A DNA stretch of 64,000 bases from Vulcanimicrobiota bacterium (GTDB lineage Bacteria; Vulcanimicrobiota; Vulcanimicrobiia; Vulcanimicrobiales; Vulcanimicrobiaceae), in the NCBI GenBank assembly GCA_963812155.1, contig CAWETW010000002.1, positions 64,001 to 128,000 of the forward strand, given 5' to 3'. The notes under the pieces are model-generated. The model worked only from the letters and a program-made list of their open reading frames with translations, did no database searches and was not told the DNA's origin. The translations under genes were made by a program, and so were the position numbers. Shown here one piece after another: positions 38,363 to 46,834 of this stretch. Every line of letters begins with the position of its first letter. Positions within the stretch are counted from its first letter, which is position 1.

Positions 38363-38994
38363 TCGAGCGAAAGCGACGGAGCCTCGAAGCCTTCAGCGCT
38401 CAGTTCCGGCAACGGCTTCCCTGCAACGAGCGTCACCGGTATGACGCCGGCCCAGCAGGGCCAGCTGAGATCGCCCGGATCGTCAACCGGCGGCCCGGTG
38501 CGAACCTTCGCCGACGCCTCGTTCAGCGGCATCCGAACGATCCTCGTCAACGCCAGCTCTTTCTGCGTCACCGGTCGCAGGGCGTTCCAGCGATTGGGCA
38601 CCAGCCGCTCGACGAACGCGCGCAGCACGCGCTCTTTTTCCGCTGCATCGGTGACGGGCTCCGGCCGTCCCACGATTGCGACCGACCGATAGTTGACGCT
38701 GTGGTGGAATGCGGAGCGCGCCAGCACGACGCCGTCGAAATGCATCACCGTAACGCACGCTTCCGAGTCGCAGAGCGCCGACAACAGCCGGCTGTCCTGC
38801 GAGCCGTGGAGATAGACGCGGTCGTCTTCCCGCCAATACAGCATCGGAATTACCATCGGAGCGCCGTCTCGAACGATGCCGACGCTGCAGACGAAACCGG
38901 CGTCGAGAATGCCGGCGATCGTGCGTGCGTCGTACGCGCCGCGTTTGGGGAGCCGCCGAACGCGCGTGCGTTCGGACGCCGGTTTTACGTCCAC
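38359..38994 (-). CDS. Pyridoxamine 5'-phosphate oxidase-like flavin-binding protein
   Basis: RRLPKRGAYD, LHGS, DGVVLARSAFHHSVNYRS, WAGVIP. Confidence 0.88.
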   Translation of the reverse strand: MDVKPASERTRVRRLPKRGAYDARTIAGILDAGFVCSVGIVRDGAPMVIPMLYWREDDRVYLHGSQDSRLLSALCDSEACVTVMHFDGVVLARSAFHHSVNYRSVAIVGRPEPVTDAAEKERVLRAFVERLVPNRWNALRPVTQKELALTRIVRMPLNEASAKVRTGPPVDDPGDLSWPCWAGVIPVTLVAGKPLPELSAEGFEAPSLSLD

Positions 38995-39974
38995 AGCAGG
39001 ACGTTTCCGGCGGTCACCAGTCCGCCGCCGAAGCCCACCAGCAGCAGCCGCTGCCCCGGACGAACGCGTCCGTCGCGCACCGCCGGCACGAGCGCGAGCG
39101 GAATCGAAACTGCCGAGGTGTTGCCGTACTCCTCGACGCTCAGCAGCGTGCGCTCGATCGGAAACGGCAGGCGCTTGTCGAGCGCTTCGATCATGCGCAT
39201 GTTGGCACTATGCGGCACGAACCAATCGATGTCGCCGAGCGTGAGGCCGGCGCGGTCGAGAATGCGGAAAACGGCGAGCGGCACGTTTTCCATCACCCAG
39301 CGATAGACGGCCGAACCCTCTTGGCGCAGGAGCCGCGACGTGTCCACGACGCCGTTGATTTCGGTACGCAATCCGGTTCGGTAGAGAAACTTTCCACCGT
39401 TGCCGTCGGCACCCGCGTCCATGCCGAAGATCGCCGGCTGCTCGCTGTACTCGACGAGCGCGGCGCCGGCGCCGTCGCCGAAAAGGACGGCGGTCGAGCG
39501 ATCGGTGTAGTCGACGGATCGCGTCAGCGCGTCGGCGACGATCACGAGCGCGCGACGTATTTGTCCCGTGCCGATCAATCCGGCGGCGAGATTGAGCCCG
39601 TACGCGAAGCCGGCGCAGGCCGTGCTGATGTCGAGGGCGCCGACGGTTCGCGGAAGCCCGTAATGGGCTTGCAGCATCGCCGAGACGCTGGGATAGGCGT
39701 AGTCCGGCGTCGACGAGCCGACGATCAAATAGTCGACGTCCGCGATCGCGACGTCGCGATGGTGTGCGAGAAGATCGTCGATGGCGGCGATCGCCAAGTG
39801 GCTCGTGTGCTGGTCGTCGGCGACGCGGCGGCGGCGGCGAATGCCCGTTCGTTTGACGATCCATTCGTCGCTGGTGTCGAGTTGTTGCTCGAAATCCGCA
39901 TTGGCGACGACCCGTTCCGGCGTATACATGCCCAGGGCCGCGATGCGGGCCCGAGCGCTGACGATCGTGTGCAT
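38985..39974 (-). CDS. fabH: 3-oxoacyl-ACP synthase III
   Basis: DTSDEWIVKRTGI, ACAGF (Cys), LFGDGAGA, PHSAN (His), YGNTSA (Asn). Confidence 0.9.
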   Translation of the reverse strand: MHTIVSARARIAALGMYTPERVVANADFEQQLDTSDEWIVKRTGIRRRRRVADDQHTSHLAIAAIDDLLAHHRDVAIADVDYLIVGSSTPDYAYPSVSAMLQAHYGLPRTVGALDISTACAGFAYGLNLAAGLIGTGQIRRALVIVADALTRSVDYTDRSTAVLFGDGAGAALVEYSEQPAIFGMDAGADGNGGKFLYRTGLRTEINGVVDTSRLLRQEGSAVYRWVMENVPLAVFRILDRAGLTLGDIDWFVPHSANMRMIEALDKRLPFPIERTLLSVEEYGNTSAVSIPLALVPAVRDGRVRPGQRLLLVGFGGGLVTAGNVLLWT

Positions 39975-39983
39975 CGCGAGCGC

Positions 39984-41054
39984 CTACAGCCGCGACGCGA
40001 CGGCGCCGGCGAACGCCTGCGTCGAGAGTGCCGGCGACGCGCCGGCAAGATCGGCGGTACGCGCGCCGGCAGCATAGGTGAGTTCGACGGCGCGTTCGAT
40101 GCGCGCGGCGTTGGCTTCGTCGTCCAAACTGTGACGCAGGAGCATCGCGGCGGACAAAATCGCCGCGGTCGGATTGGCGACGCCGCGGCCGGCGATGTCG
40201 GGAGCGCTGCCTCCGACCGGCTCGTAGAGCCCGAAGCGGCGCCCCGGCGTCCCGCGCGTGCCTAGGCTCGCGCTCGGAAGCGTGCCGATCGATCCGGTGA
40301 GGATCGCGGCTTCGTCGGAAAGGATGTCGCCGAACATGTTCTCCGTCACGATCACGTCGAATTCGCCGGGCCTGCGCACCAGTTGCATCGCGGCGTTGTC
40401 GACGAGGAGATGGCTGCACGCAACGTCGGGATAATCGTTCGACACCCGATCCACGACCCGCCGCCACAGCCGGGACGTCTCCAGAATGTTTTGCTTGTCG
40501 ACCGACGTCAGCCGCTTGCGCCGAACGCGAGCCGACTCGAACGCGACGCGAGCGATCCGCTCGATCTCGGGAGCGCGATAGATCATCGTGTCGACTGCCT
40601 CCTCGACGCCGTCGACGCAACGCTGCTCCTTCGGCATGCCGTAGTAGATGCCGCCGGTCAGTTCGCGCACGACCATCATATCCAGTCCACGCACGAGTTC
40701 GGGTTTGAGGGTCGAGGCATCCTCGAGACCCGGAAAGACGCGCACGGGGCGCAGGTTGGCGAAGAGTTCGTAGTCGCGGCGCAGCAGGAACAGCGCGTGC
40801 TCCGGACGTTCCGGCAGCGGTTTGCCGTCGTACTTCGGAAGGCCGACGCTGCCGAAGAGGATCGCCGCGCTGCCGTCGCAGAGCGCTCGCGTCGCCGGCG
40901 GCAACGCGGGCTCGCCGGCCTCCAGCGCGGCTGCACCGGCAACGCCTTCGACGCACTTGACGTCGGGACGAACGTGCCGCAACACCGCGACTGCGGCGCG
41001 CGTGACTTCGGGTCCGATGCCGTCACCGGGAAGGACCGCAACGGTTTCGTTCAA
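39984..41054 (-). CDS. leuB: 3-isopropylmalate dehydrogenase
   Basis: [44 protein letters not shown]. Confidence 0.93.
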   Translation of the reverse strand: MNETVAVLPGDGIGPEVTRAAVAVLRHVRPDVKCVEGVAGAAALEAGEPALPPATRALCDGSAAILFGSVGLPKYDGKPLPERPEHALFLLRRDYELFANLRPVRVFPGLEDASTLKPELVRGLDMMVVRELTGGIYYGMPKEQRCVDGVEEAVDTMIYRAPEIERIARVAFESARVRRKRLTSVDKQNILETSRLWRRVVDRVSNDYPDVACSHLLVDNAAMQLVRRPGEFDVIVTENMFGDILSDEAAILTGSIGTLPSASLGTRGTPGRRFGLYEPVGGSAPDIAGRGVANPTAAILSAAMLLRHSLDDEANAARIERAVELTYAAGARTADLAGASPALSTQAFAGAVASRL

Positions 41055-41060
41055 TCCGGG

Positions 41061-41672
41061 CTAGTACACCGTGATGCGGGTCGTGTCGTCGCTCGGTGGA
41101 TCGCCCTTCTTCGGCGCCGGTTTGGCCGTCACGTCGAGGCGCTCGCCGTTGGGTTTGCCCGTGCCTTGCGCCGTTTTCGCCGCGGCCGGCGCCTCGGGTG
41201 CGACGGCGTCTTGCGAAAGCACCGGCGGCGCGACCTTCTCCACCAGCGCGAGGTGCGTCATAAGCAGGCTGCGCAGTTCGCTTCGCGCCTTTTCGTTGGC
41301 TTCGACGGTGCGCTGGTGCTCGCGGCGAACTTCCGCGATGGCATCGTTGTAGTTGGCGATCTCGCGTTCGGCCTCGAGCCGGGCCTTTTCGCGAATCAAA
41401 TCCGCCTCTTTGTGCGCGGACGCTTTGGTTTCATCGGCCGTGCGCTGCGCGAGCACGAGTGTGTTTTGCAGCGATTCTTCCATCGCTTTGAAGTGACTGA
41501 TCCGTTCTTTGAGATCCGCGATTTCGGCCTCGAGCGCGGCGCGATGCTGCGCTTCGTCCTCGAGCGACTCGATGACCTCGTCGAGAAATCCGTCGACCTC
41601 AGTGCGGTCGTATCCCTGCAGCGCCTTTTTGAAGCTCTTGTGCTGAATGTCGATCGCGGTAATTTTTTCCAT
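41061..41672 (-). CDS. divIVA: DivIVA domain protein
   Basis: MEKITAIDIQHKSFKKALQGYDRTEVDGFLD followed by a coiled coil. Confidence 0.9.
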   Translation of the reverse strand: MEKITAIDIQHKSFKKALQGYDRTEVDGFLDEVIESLEDEAQHRAALEAEIADLKERISHFKAMEESLQNTLVLAQRTADETKASAHKEADLIREKARLEAEREIANYNDAIAEVRREHQRTVEANEKARSELRSLLMTHLALVEKVAPPVLSQDAVAPEAPAAAKTAQGTGKPNGERLDVTAKPAPKKGDPPSDDTTRITVY

Positions 41673-41683
41673 CCCTTGGTATC

Positions 41684-42100
41684 TCACGTTCTGTTCGACA
41701 TGAAGTCGAGGCTGCCGTCGGCCATCATCGACTCGCGCAATCCGGCCGCATTGACGACGACGCCGGCCGGTACGACGAGGTAAATGGCTTCGGCCAATTT
41801 TTGAATTCTTCCGTCGATCGTATACGCCACGCCGGAAGTGAAATCGACGACGCGCTGCAGCAGCATACGGTCGGCGTTCTGAAGGTTGACGATGACGACC
41901 TGGCGATTGCGCAGCGAGTCGGCAATCTCGACGACGTCTTGGTAACCGCGTGGCGAGTAGACGCTCACTTCCGTGCCGCCCCGGCGGCCGGCGTGCGAAA
42001 GCGGGACGACGCGCGGATTGCCGGCGTACTCCTCCTCGTACGCATCGTCTTCGTCGTCGCGTATCGAAAAGAACGATCCGATCTTGCTGAAAACGCTCAT
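41684..42100 (-). CDS. sepF: Cell division protein SepF
   Basis: VIVNLQ...RVVDFTSGVAYTIDGRIQK. Confidence 0.92.
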   Translation of the reverse strand: MSVFSKIGSFFSIRDDEDDAYEEEYAGNPRVVPLSHAGRRGGTEVSVYSPRGYQDVVEIADSLRNRQVVIVNLQNADRMLLQRVVDFTSGVAYTIDGRIQKLAEAIYLVVPAGVVVNAAGLRESMMADGSLDFMSNRT

Positions 42101-42765
42101 GGGCTCTCCCTCCGGCCGAATAGCGCCGTGCCGATCCGCACCATCGTCGAGCCTGCGCGCACCGCCTCGCGCCAGTCGCCCGACATTCCGATCGAGAACG
42201 TAGTTCCACCCACGCGGGCGAACGTCTTGGCGGCGAGGGTAAAAGCTCGTGAGATTTCGTCGTGGTCGGCAACCGGGGGAGCGAGCGCCATCAGACCTTC
42301 CAGCGCCAATCCCGGCAGGGCGCGCACGGTCTCGGCCAGGCCCGGCGCGTCGCCGGGCGTGCAACCGAAGCGCTCCAACGGCGAGAGGTTGATCTGCAGT
42401 AGAACGGGCAGGCGCTTCCCGACCGCGCGAGCGGCTGCGTCGAGCGCCCGCGCCGCCTCGAGCCGATCGACGCTCTGCACCACGTCGAACAGCTGCGCGA
42501 CCGCGTTCGCCTTGTTCGTTTGCACGTGCCCGATGAAGTGCTTGCGTACCGGAGGCAATGCCGGGAACGCGCGGCGCGCTTCCTGCACGTAGTTTTCACC
42601 CACGTCGCTCAGCCCCGCGAGGATGGCTTCACCCACCATTTCCAAAGGCTGCCGCTTCGCGACCCCCACGAGCGTCACTTCACCGGGGCGCCGGCCGCAC
42701 GCCGCGAGTTCTTCGTCGATTGCCCGCAGCAAGCCGCGGTAGCGCTCGCCTACGGCATCGCTCAC
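42097..42765 (-). CDS. yggS: YggS/PLPBP pyridoxal-phosphate homeostasis protein
   Basis: GENYVQE, HFIGHVQTNK, SIGMSGD, MVRIGTALFG; GTG overlaps the lgt stop. Confidence 0.92.
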   Translation of the reverse strand: MSDAVGERYRGLLRAIDEELAACGRRPGEVTLVGVAKRQPLEMVGEAILAGLSDVGENYVQEARRAFPALPPVRKHFIGHVQTNKANAVAQLFDVVQSVDRLEAARALDAAARAVGKRLPVLLQINLSPLERFGCTPGDAPGLAETVRALPGLALEGLMALAPPVADHDEISRAFTLAAKTFARVGGTTFSIGMSGDWREAVRAGSTMVRIGTALFGRRESP

Positions 42766-43616
42766 GAGACGGCGGGAACGTCCGCCGCCGGCGCAACCTC
42801 CGTACGCGCCCCCGGACGCGTGGCGCAGTAGACGACCCCGATCGCTCCGATGACGATCATCGGCAGGGCGTAGAGTTGACCGCCGGTGATGCCCATCCAC
42901 GTGAAGTCGGCCTGGCGCCACAGTTCGGCGACGCTGCGAGTGATGCCGTAGATCGTAAACCACGTCCAGCCGACGACGCCGTCCTTGGGTTTGAGGCGAT
43001 AGAGAATCAACAGCACCGGCAACGTGAGAACGTCGAGCACGGCTTCGTACAGCTGTGCCGGGTGACGGTACGACGTTCCCCACGTCATCACGTCCTTGGG
43101 CACCATGCACCACGGATGGTCTGGATCGCAAACGTGTCCCCACAGTTCGTCGTTGATGAAGTTCACCAGCCGAACCAGCGTGATGCCGACCGGCAGCATC
43201 ATTACGACTTCGTCGCAGAGCACGCGAAAGCGAAGTCCGGGATGTTTGCGCAAAAAGAGCGCGATCGCGATGATGACGCCGACTAGGCCGCCGTGAAACG
43301 CCATGCCGCCGTTCCACACCGCGATGAAGTTAATCGGATTGCTCAGATAGAGTGAAAGATCGTGCTTGCTGATGATGTCGTTTATCACGAAGAACGTGCG
43401 GCCGCCGACGAGCACGCCGATCAGGGCGTAAAAGAGAAAATCTTGAATTTGCTCTTTGGTCAAGCCGAGCCGCCGCCGCCCGGCGGGTCGCGCCATCCAG
43501 AGATAGACGCAGACGAATCCGACCAAATAGGCGATGCCGTACCAATGAATCTTCAGCGGCCCGAGGTGAATCGCGACCGGGTCGATATTTGTCGGATAGG
43601 TGAACCAGTGTTGCAT
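42762..43616 (-). CDS. lgt: Prolipoprotein diacylglyceryl transferase
   Basis: IHWYGIAY, GGMAFHGG, RLVNFINDELWG, HPAQLYE. Confidence 0.95.
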   Translation of the reverse strand: MQHWFTYPTNIDPVAIHLGPLKIHWYGIAYLVGFVCVYLWMARPAGRRRLGLTKEQIQDFLFYALIGVLVGGRTFFVINDIISKHDLSLYLSNPINFIAVWNGGMAFHGGLVGVIIAIALFLRKHPGLRFRVLCDEVVMMLPVGITLVRLVNFINDELWGHVCDPDHPWCMVPKDVMTWGTSYRHPAQLYEAVLDVLTLPVLLILYRLKPKDGVVGWTWFTIYGITRSVAELWRQADFTWMGITGGQLYALPMIVIGAIGVVYCATRPGARTEVAPAADVPAVS

Positions 43617-43660
43617 TCGTACAGGCCTTATTCAGAGGGCAGGATAACCATTTCGGGCGC

Positions 43661-44395
43661 ATGACCTCGACGACGCACATTACGGTCGGCATCGCCTTCC
43701 TGGCCGGGCTCGTTTCCTTCGTATCTCCGTGCGTCCTTCCGCTCGTTCCAGCCTATCTTTCGTTGCTGACCGGCGAGAGTCTCGAAGAACTCAAGGCGGA
43801 GGCCGCGGCGGCGGCTCGGGCGCAGACGTTCGGACATGCCGTCGCGTTCGTTGCCGGATTCAGCTGCGTATTCGTGACGCTCGGCTTGACGGCCAGTGCG
43901 CTGGGCGGCCTGCTGGTCGCACATCGCACGCTGATCGCGCAGATCGGCGGCGTCGCGGTCATCGTTCTCGGCCTGCATATGATGGGCATGATTCGCATAC
44001 CGTTCCTTATGATGGACAAACGGGCGCACGTGCAGCAGCAAGGCCGGCGCACGGTATGGACGTCGCTCGTCGTCGGCATGGCCTTCGCCGCCGGGTGGTC
44101 GCCGTGTATCGGCCCCATTTTAGCGGGAATTTTGGCGATTGCGTCGCAGCAGCGCAACGGCGAAGCGGCCTTGCTGCTCGGCGCGTACTCAGTGGGCCTG
44201 GCGGTGCCGTTCCTATTGGCGGCGGGAGCGATAGGCGCCGTGCTGCCGGCACTGGCGCGTATCAAGCGCTTCTTGCCGGCCGTCGAGTTCGCCGCCGGTG
44301 CCTTTCTGATCGTGGTCGGTTTCGTACTGGTCAACGATGCATTTCTCAACGTCGCAGGATGGTTCTATCAGTTTGTTCCGCAACCGAAACTCTAA
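43661..44395 (+). CDS. ccdA: Cytochrome c biogenesis protein CcdA (DsbD transmembrane domain)
   Basis: SFVSPCVLPLVPAY and WSPCIGPIL. Confidence 0.92.
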   Translation: MTSTTHITVGIAFLAGLVSFVSPCVLPLVPAYLSLLTGESLEELKAEAAAAARAQTFGHAVAFVAGFSCVFVTLGLTASALGGLLVAHRTLIAQIGGVAVIVLGLHMMGMIRIPFLMMDKRAHVQQQGRRTVWTSLVVGMAFAAGWSPCIGPILAGILAIASQQRNGEAALLLGAYSVGLAVPFLLAAGAIGAVLPALARIKRFLPAVEFAAGAFLIVVGFVLVNDAFLNVAGWFYQFVPQPKL

Positions 44396-44396
44396 C

Positions 44397-44855
44397 CTGA
44401 TCAACGCGTTCGTCATTGCAGCCGTCGCGATCGGCGTGCTATGGCTCGATCAGTTCACCAAGCATCTCGTCTCGACGTCGTTTCTGCCGGGCGAGAGCCG
44501 CTTCGTCATACCGCACTTTTTGAAGTGGACGTACGAACGCAACGTCCACGGTGCGTTCGGCCTGTTCGGCAGCAGCGCCGTGCTCCTGATCGGCATGGCG
44601 ATCGTGGTCCTGGTCCTCTTTTGGTTCAGTTTCCGCGAGGCGGCGGTTCGTTCGATGACCGTGCGCGTCGCGTTCGGTATGATCGTCGGCGGTGCGATCG
44701 GCAATATCGTCGATCGGCTGCACTTCGGTTACGTCATCGACTTCATCGACTTCTACCGCATCTGGCCGAACATTTTCAACATCGCGGACTCGTGCATCAC
44801 GGTGGGTGTGGGCTTGCTACTGATCAGCAGCCTTGTTACACGTCGTCACCGCTGA
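44397..44855 (+). CDS. lspA: Signal peptidase II (start CTG 44397 or ATG 44337)
   Basis: LDQFTK, NVHGAFG, GGAIGNIVDR, VIDFI, FNIADSCI. Confidence 0.9.
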   Translation: MINAFVIAAVAIGVLWLDQFTKHLVSTSFLPGESRFVIPHFLKWTYERNVHGAFGLFGSSAVLLIGMAIVVLVLFWFSFREAAVRSMTVRVAFGMIVGGAIGNIVDRLHFGYVIDFIDFYRIWPNIFNIADSCITVGVGLLLISSLVTRRHR

Positions 44856-45732
44856 CGAGGCGGGGCGGCGCACCGACGCCGTCGTTGCGCGGCTAAGCGG
44901 ACGATCGCGGGGGCAGGTCGCACAAGCGCTCGCACGCGGGGACGTACGCGTGAACGGAACGGCGGGCAAAGCCGGGCGTTCGCTCGCCGAAGGCGACGTT
45001 CTCGAATTCGAAGTCGCAGCGCACGCGCCGCCGGTGGCCGTCGCCGAGGCGATCGACGTCCCGATCGTGTACGAAGACTCCGACGTCATCGTGATCGATA
45101 AACCGGCCGGAATGATTACGCATCCCGCGCACGCCGCGCGCAGCGGAACGCTCGTGAATGCCCTGCTCGGACATCTTCAGGGCGCGCTTCCCGGCGACGC
45201 GCTGCGGCCCGGATTGGTGCATCGCCTCGATCGCGACACGTCGGGATTGCTGGTAGTGGCGAAGAATGAGGCGTCGCTCTCCGCACTGGGAAAGTCGATG
45301 AAGGCGCGCAGGATCAATCGCGAATATCTCGGGCTCGTCGTCGGCATTCCCGAACACGTTCGCGGCACGATCGAAGGACCGATTGGGCGCGATCCCAACA
45401 ATCGCCTGAAGTTTGCAATCGTTGCGGACGGAAAGCCCGCGATCACGCACTACGAGGTTCGCGCCGCTTTCCCGCGCCACGCCGAATTGACGTTTCGTTT
45501 GGAAACGGGACGCACGCATCAGATTCGCGTGCATCTCGCTGCGATGAAACACGCGCTCGTCAACGATCGCCTTTATGGAAGGGAAGACGGCCGCATCGAT
45601 CTGCCCGGTCAAGCGCTGCACGCATGGCGCCTCTCGTTCGCGCATCCGCGCACGGGCGAGCCGCTGCAGTTCGAAGCACCGCCGCCCGCCGGCTACACCG
45701 CCGCCCGCGCGTTGCTTCAGTCGGACGGCTGA
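44833..45732 (+). CDS. RluA/RluD family pseudouridine synthase
   Basis: S4 domain, KPAGM, HRLDRDTSG, TGRTHQIRVH. Confidence 0.93.
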   Translation: MLHVVTADEAGRRTDAVVARLSGRSRGQVAQALARGDVRVNGTAGKAGRSLAEGDVLEFEVAAHAPPVAVAEAIDVPIVYEDSDVIVIDKPAGMITHPAHAARSGTLVNALLGHLQGALPGDALRPGLVHRLDRDTSGLLVVAKNEASLSALGKSMKARRINREYLGLVVGIPEHVRGTIEGPIGRDPNNRLKFAIVADGKPAITHYEVRAAFPRHAELTFRLETGRTHQIRVHLAAMKHALVNDRLYGREDGRIDLPGQALHAWRLSFAHPRTGEPLQFEAPPPAGYTAARALLQSDG

Positions 45733-45739
45733 GCGCGCC

Positions 45740-46834
45740 GTGGCCGAGCGTTTCTCGTTACGAGCGACCTCCGGCGCTGCGCGCCGGGGATCGCTCGCAC
45801 TCGCGCACGGCACCGTCGAGACGCCGTGTTTCATGCCGGTCGGAACCGTTGCGACGGTCAAGGGGTTGACGCCGGCCGAACTGCGTGACGCGCAGACGCA
45901 GATCGTGTTGGCAAACGCCTATCATTTGTGGCTGCGGCCCGGACGCGGCGTTCTTGAGGGCGCCGGCGGACTCCATCGTTTCATGTCGTGGGATGGCCCG
46001 ATTCTGATCGACTCGGGCGGCTTTCAAATTTTTAGCCTCGAAGGACGGCGCACGCTCGACGAGGACGGTGTGACGTTTCGCTCTCACGTCGACGGCAGCG
46101 AACATCGCTTTACGCCCGCCGGCGTCGTCGCCTTCGGCGAAGCGATCGGCGTCGACGTCGCGATGGTGCTCGACGTCTGTGTGAAGCTGCCCTCTCCGCC
46201 TGCGCAACTCGAGGAAGCCGTCCGGCTCACGACGGCCTGGGCGCGCCGCTCGAAATCCGCCGCACGCTCGCCGGGGACGGCCATGTTCGGCATCGTGCAG
46301 GGCGGCCTCGACATGGGGCTGCGCGAGCGCAGCGCGCGCGAAATCGTCGAACTCGACTTCCCCGGCTATGCGATCGGCGGTCTGTCCGTGGGGGAATCGC
46401 GTGCGGACATGTATGCGACGGCTCGCGCGTGCGCGCAACTGCTGCCCTCCGAAAAGCCGCGTTATCTCATGGGTGTCGGGACGGTACCGGACTTGCTCGA
46501 AGCAATCGACTGCGGCATCGACATGTTCGATTGCGTCTACCCGACCCGGTGCGGCCGCAACGGCCGGGCCATGACGCGGGACCGGCACTTCAACGTCTTC
46601 AACGCCGAGTACGTCAACGATTTCTCACCCATCGATCCGCAATGCGCGTGCGTGGTGTGCCGCTCGTTCAGTCGCGCCTACGTCGCTCATCTCTTTCGCA
46701 GCAAGGAGATGCTCGGCCCGCGCCTGCTCTCATATCACAACGTCTACGTGCTCAACGACTTGTTGCGAGAAGCGCGCGATGCCATCGCCGGCGACACCTG
46801 GCCGCAATGGCGCGCCCGGTTTGCGCCGGCCTAA
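45740..46834 (+). CDS. tgt: Queuine tRNA-ribosyltransferase
   Basis: FMPVGT, YHLWLRPG, DSGGFQ, GIVQGG, DMFDCV, Zn site CACVVC...H. Confidence 0.95.
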   Translation: MAERFSLRATSGAARRGSLALAHGTVETPCFMPVGTVATVKGLTPAELRDAQTQIVLANAYHLWLRPGRGVLEGAGGLHRFMSWDGPILIDSGGFQIFSLEGRRTLDEDGVTFRSHVDGSEHRFTPAGVVAFGEAIGVDVAMVLDVCVKLPSPPAQLEEAVRLTTAWARRSKSAARSPGTAMFGIVQGGLDMGLRERSAREIVELDFPGYAIGGLSVGESRADMYATARACAQLLPSEKPRYLMGVGTVPDLLEAIDCGIDMFDCVYPTRCGRNGRAMTRDRHFNVFNAEYVNDFSPIDPQCACVVCRSFSRAYVAHLFRSKEMLGPRLLSYHNVYVLNDLLREARDAIAGDTWPQWRARFAPA

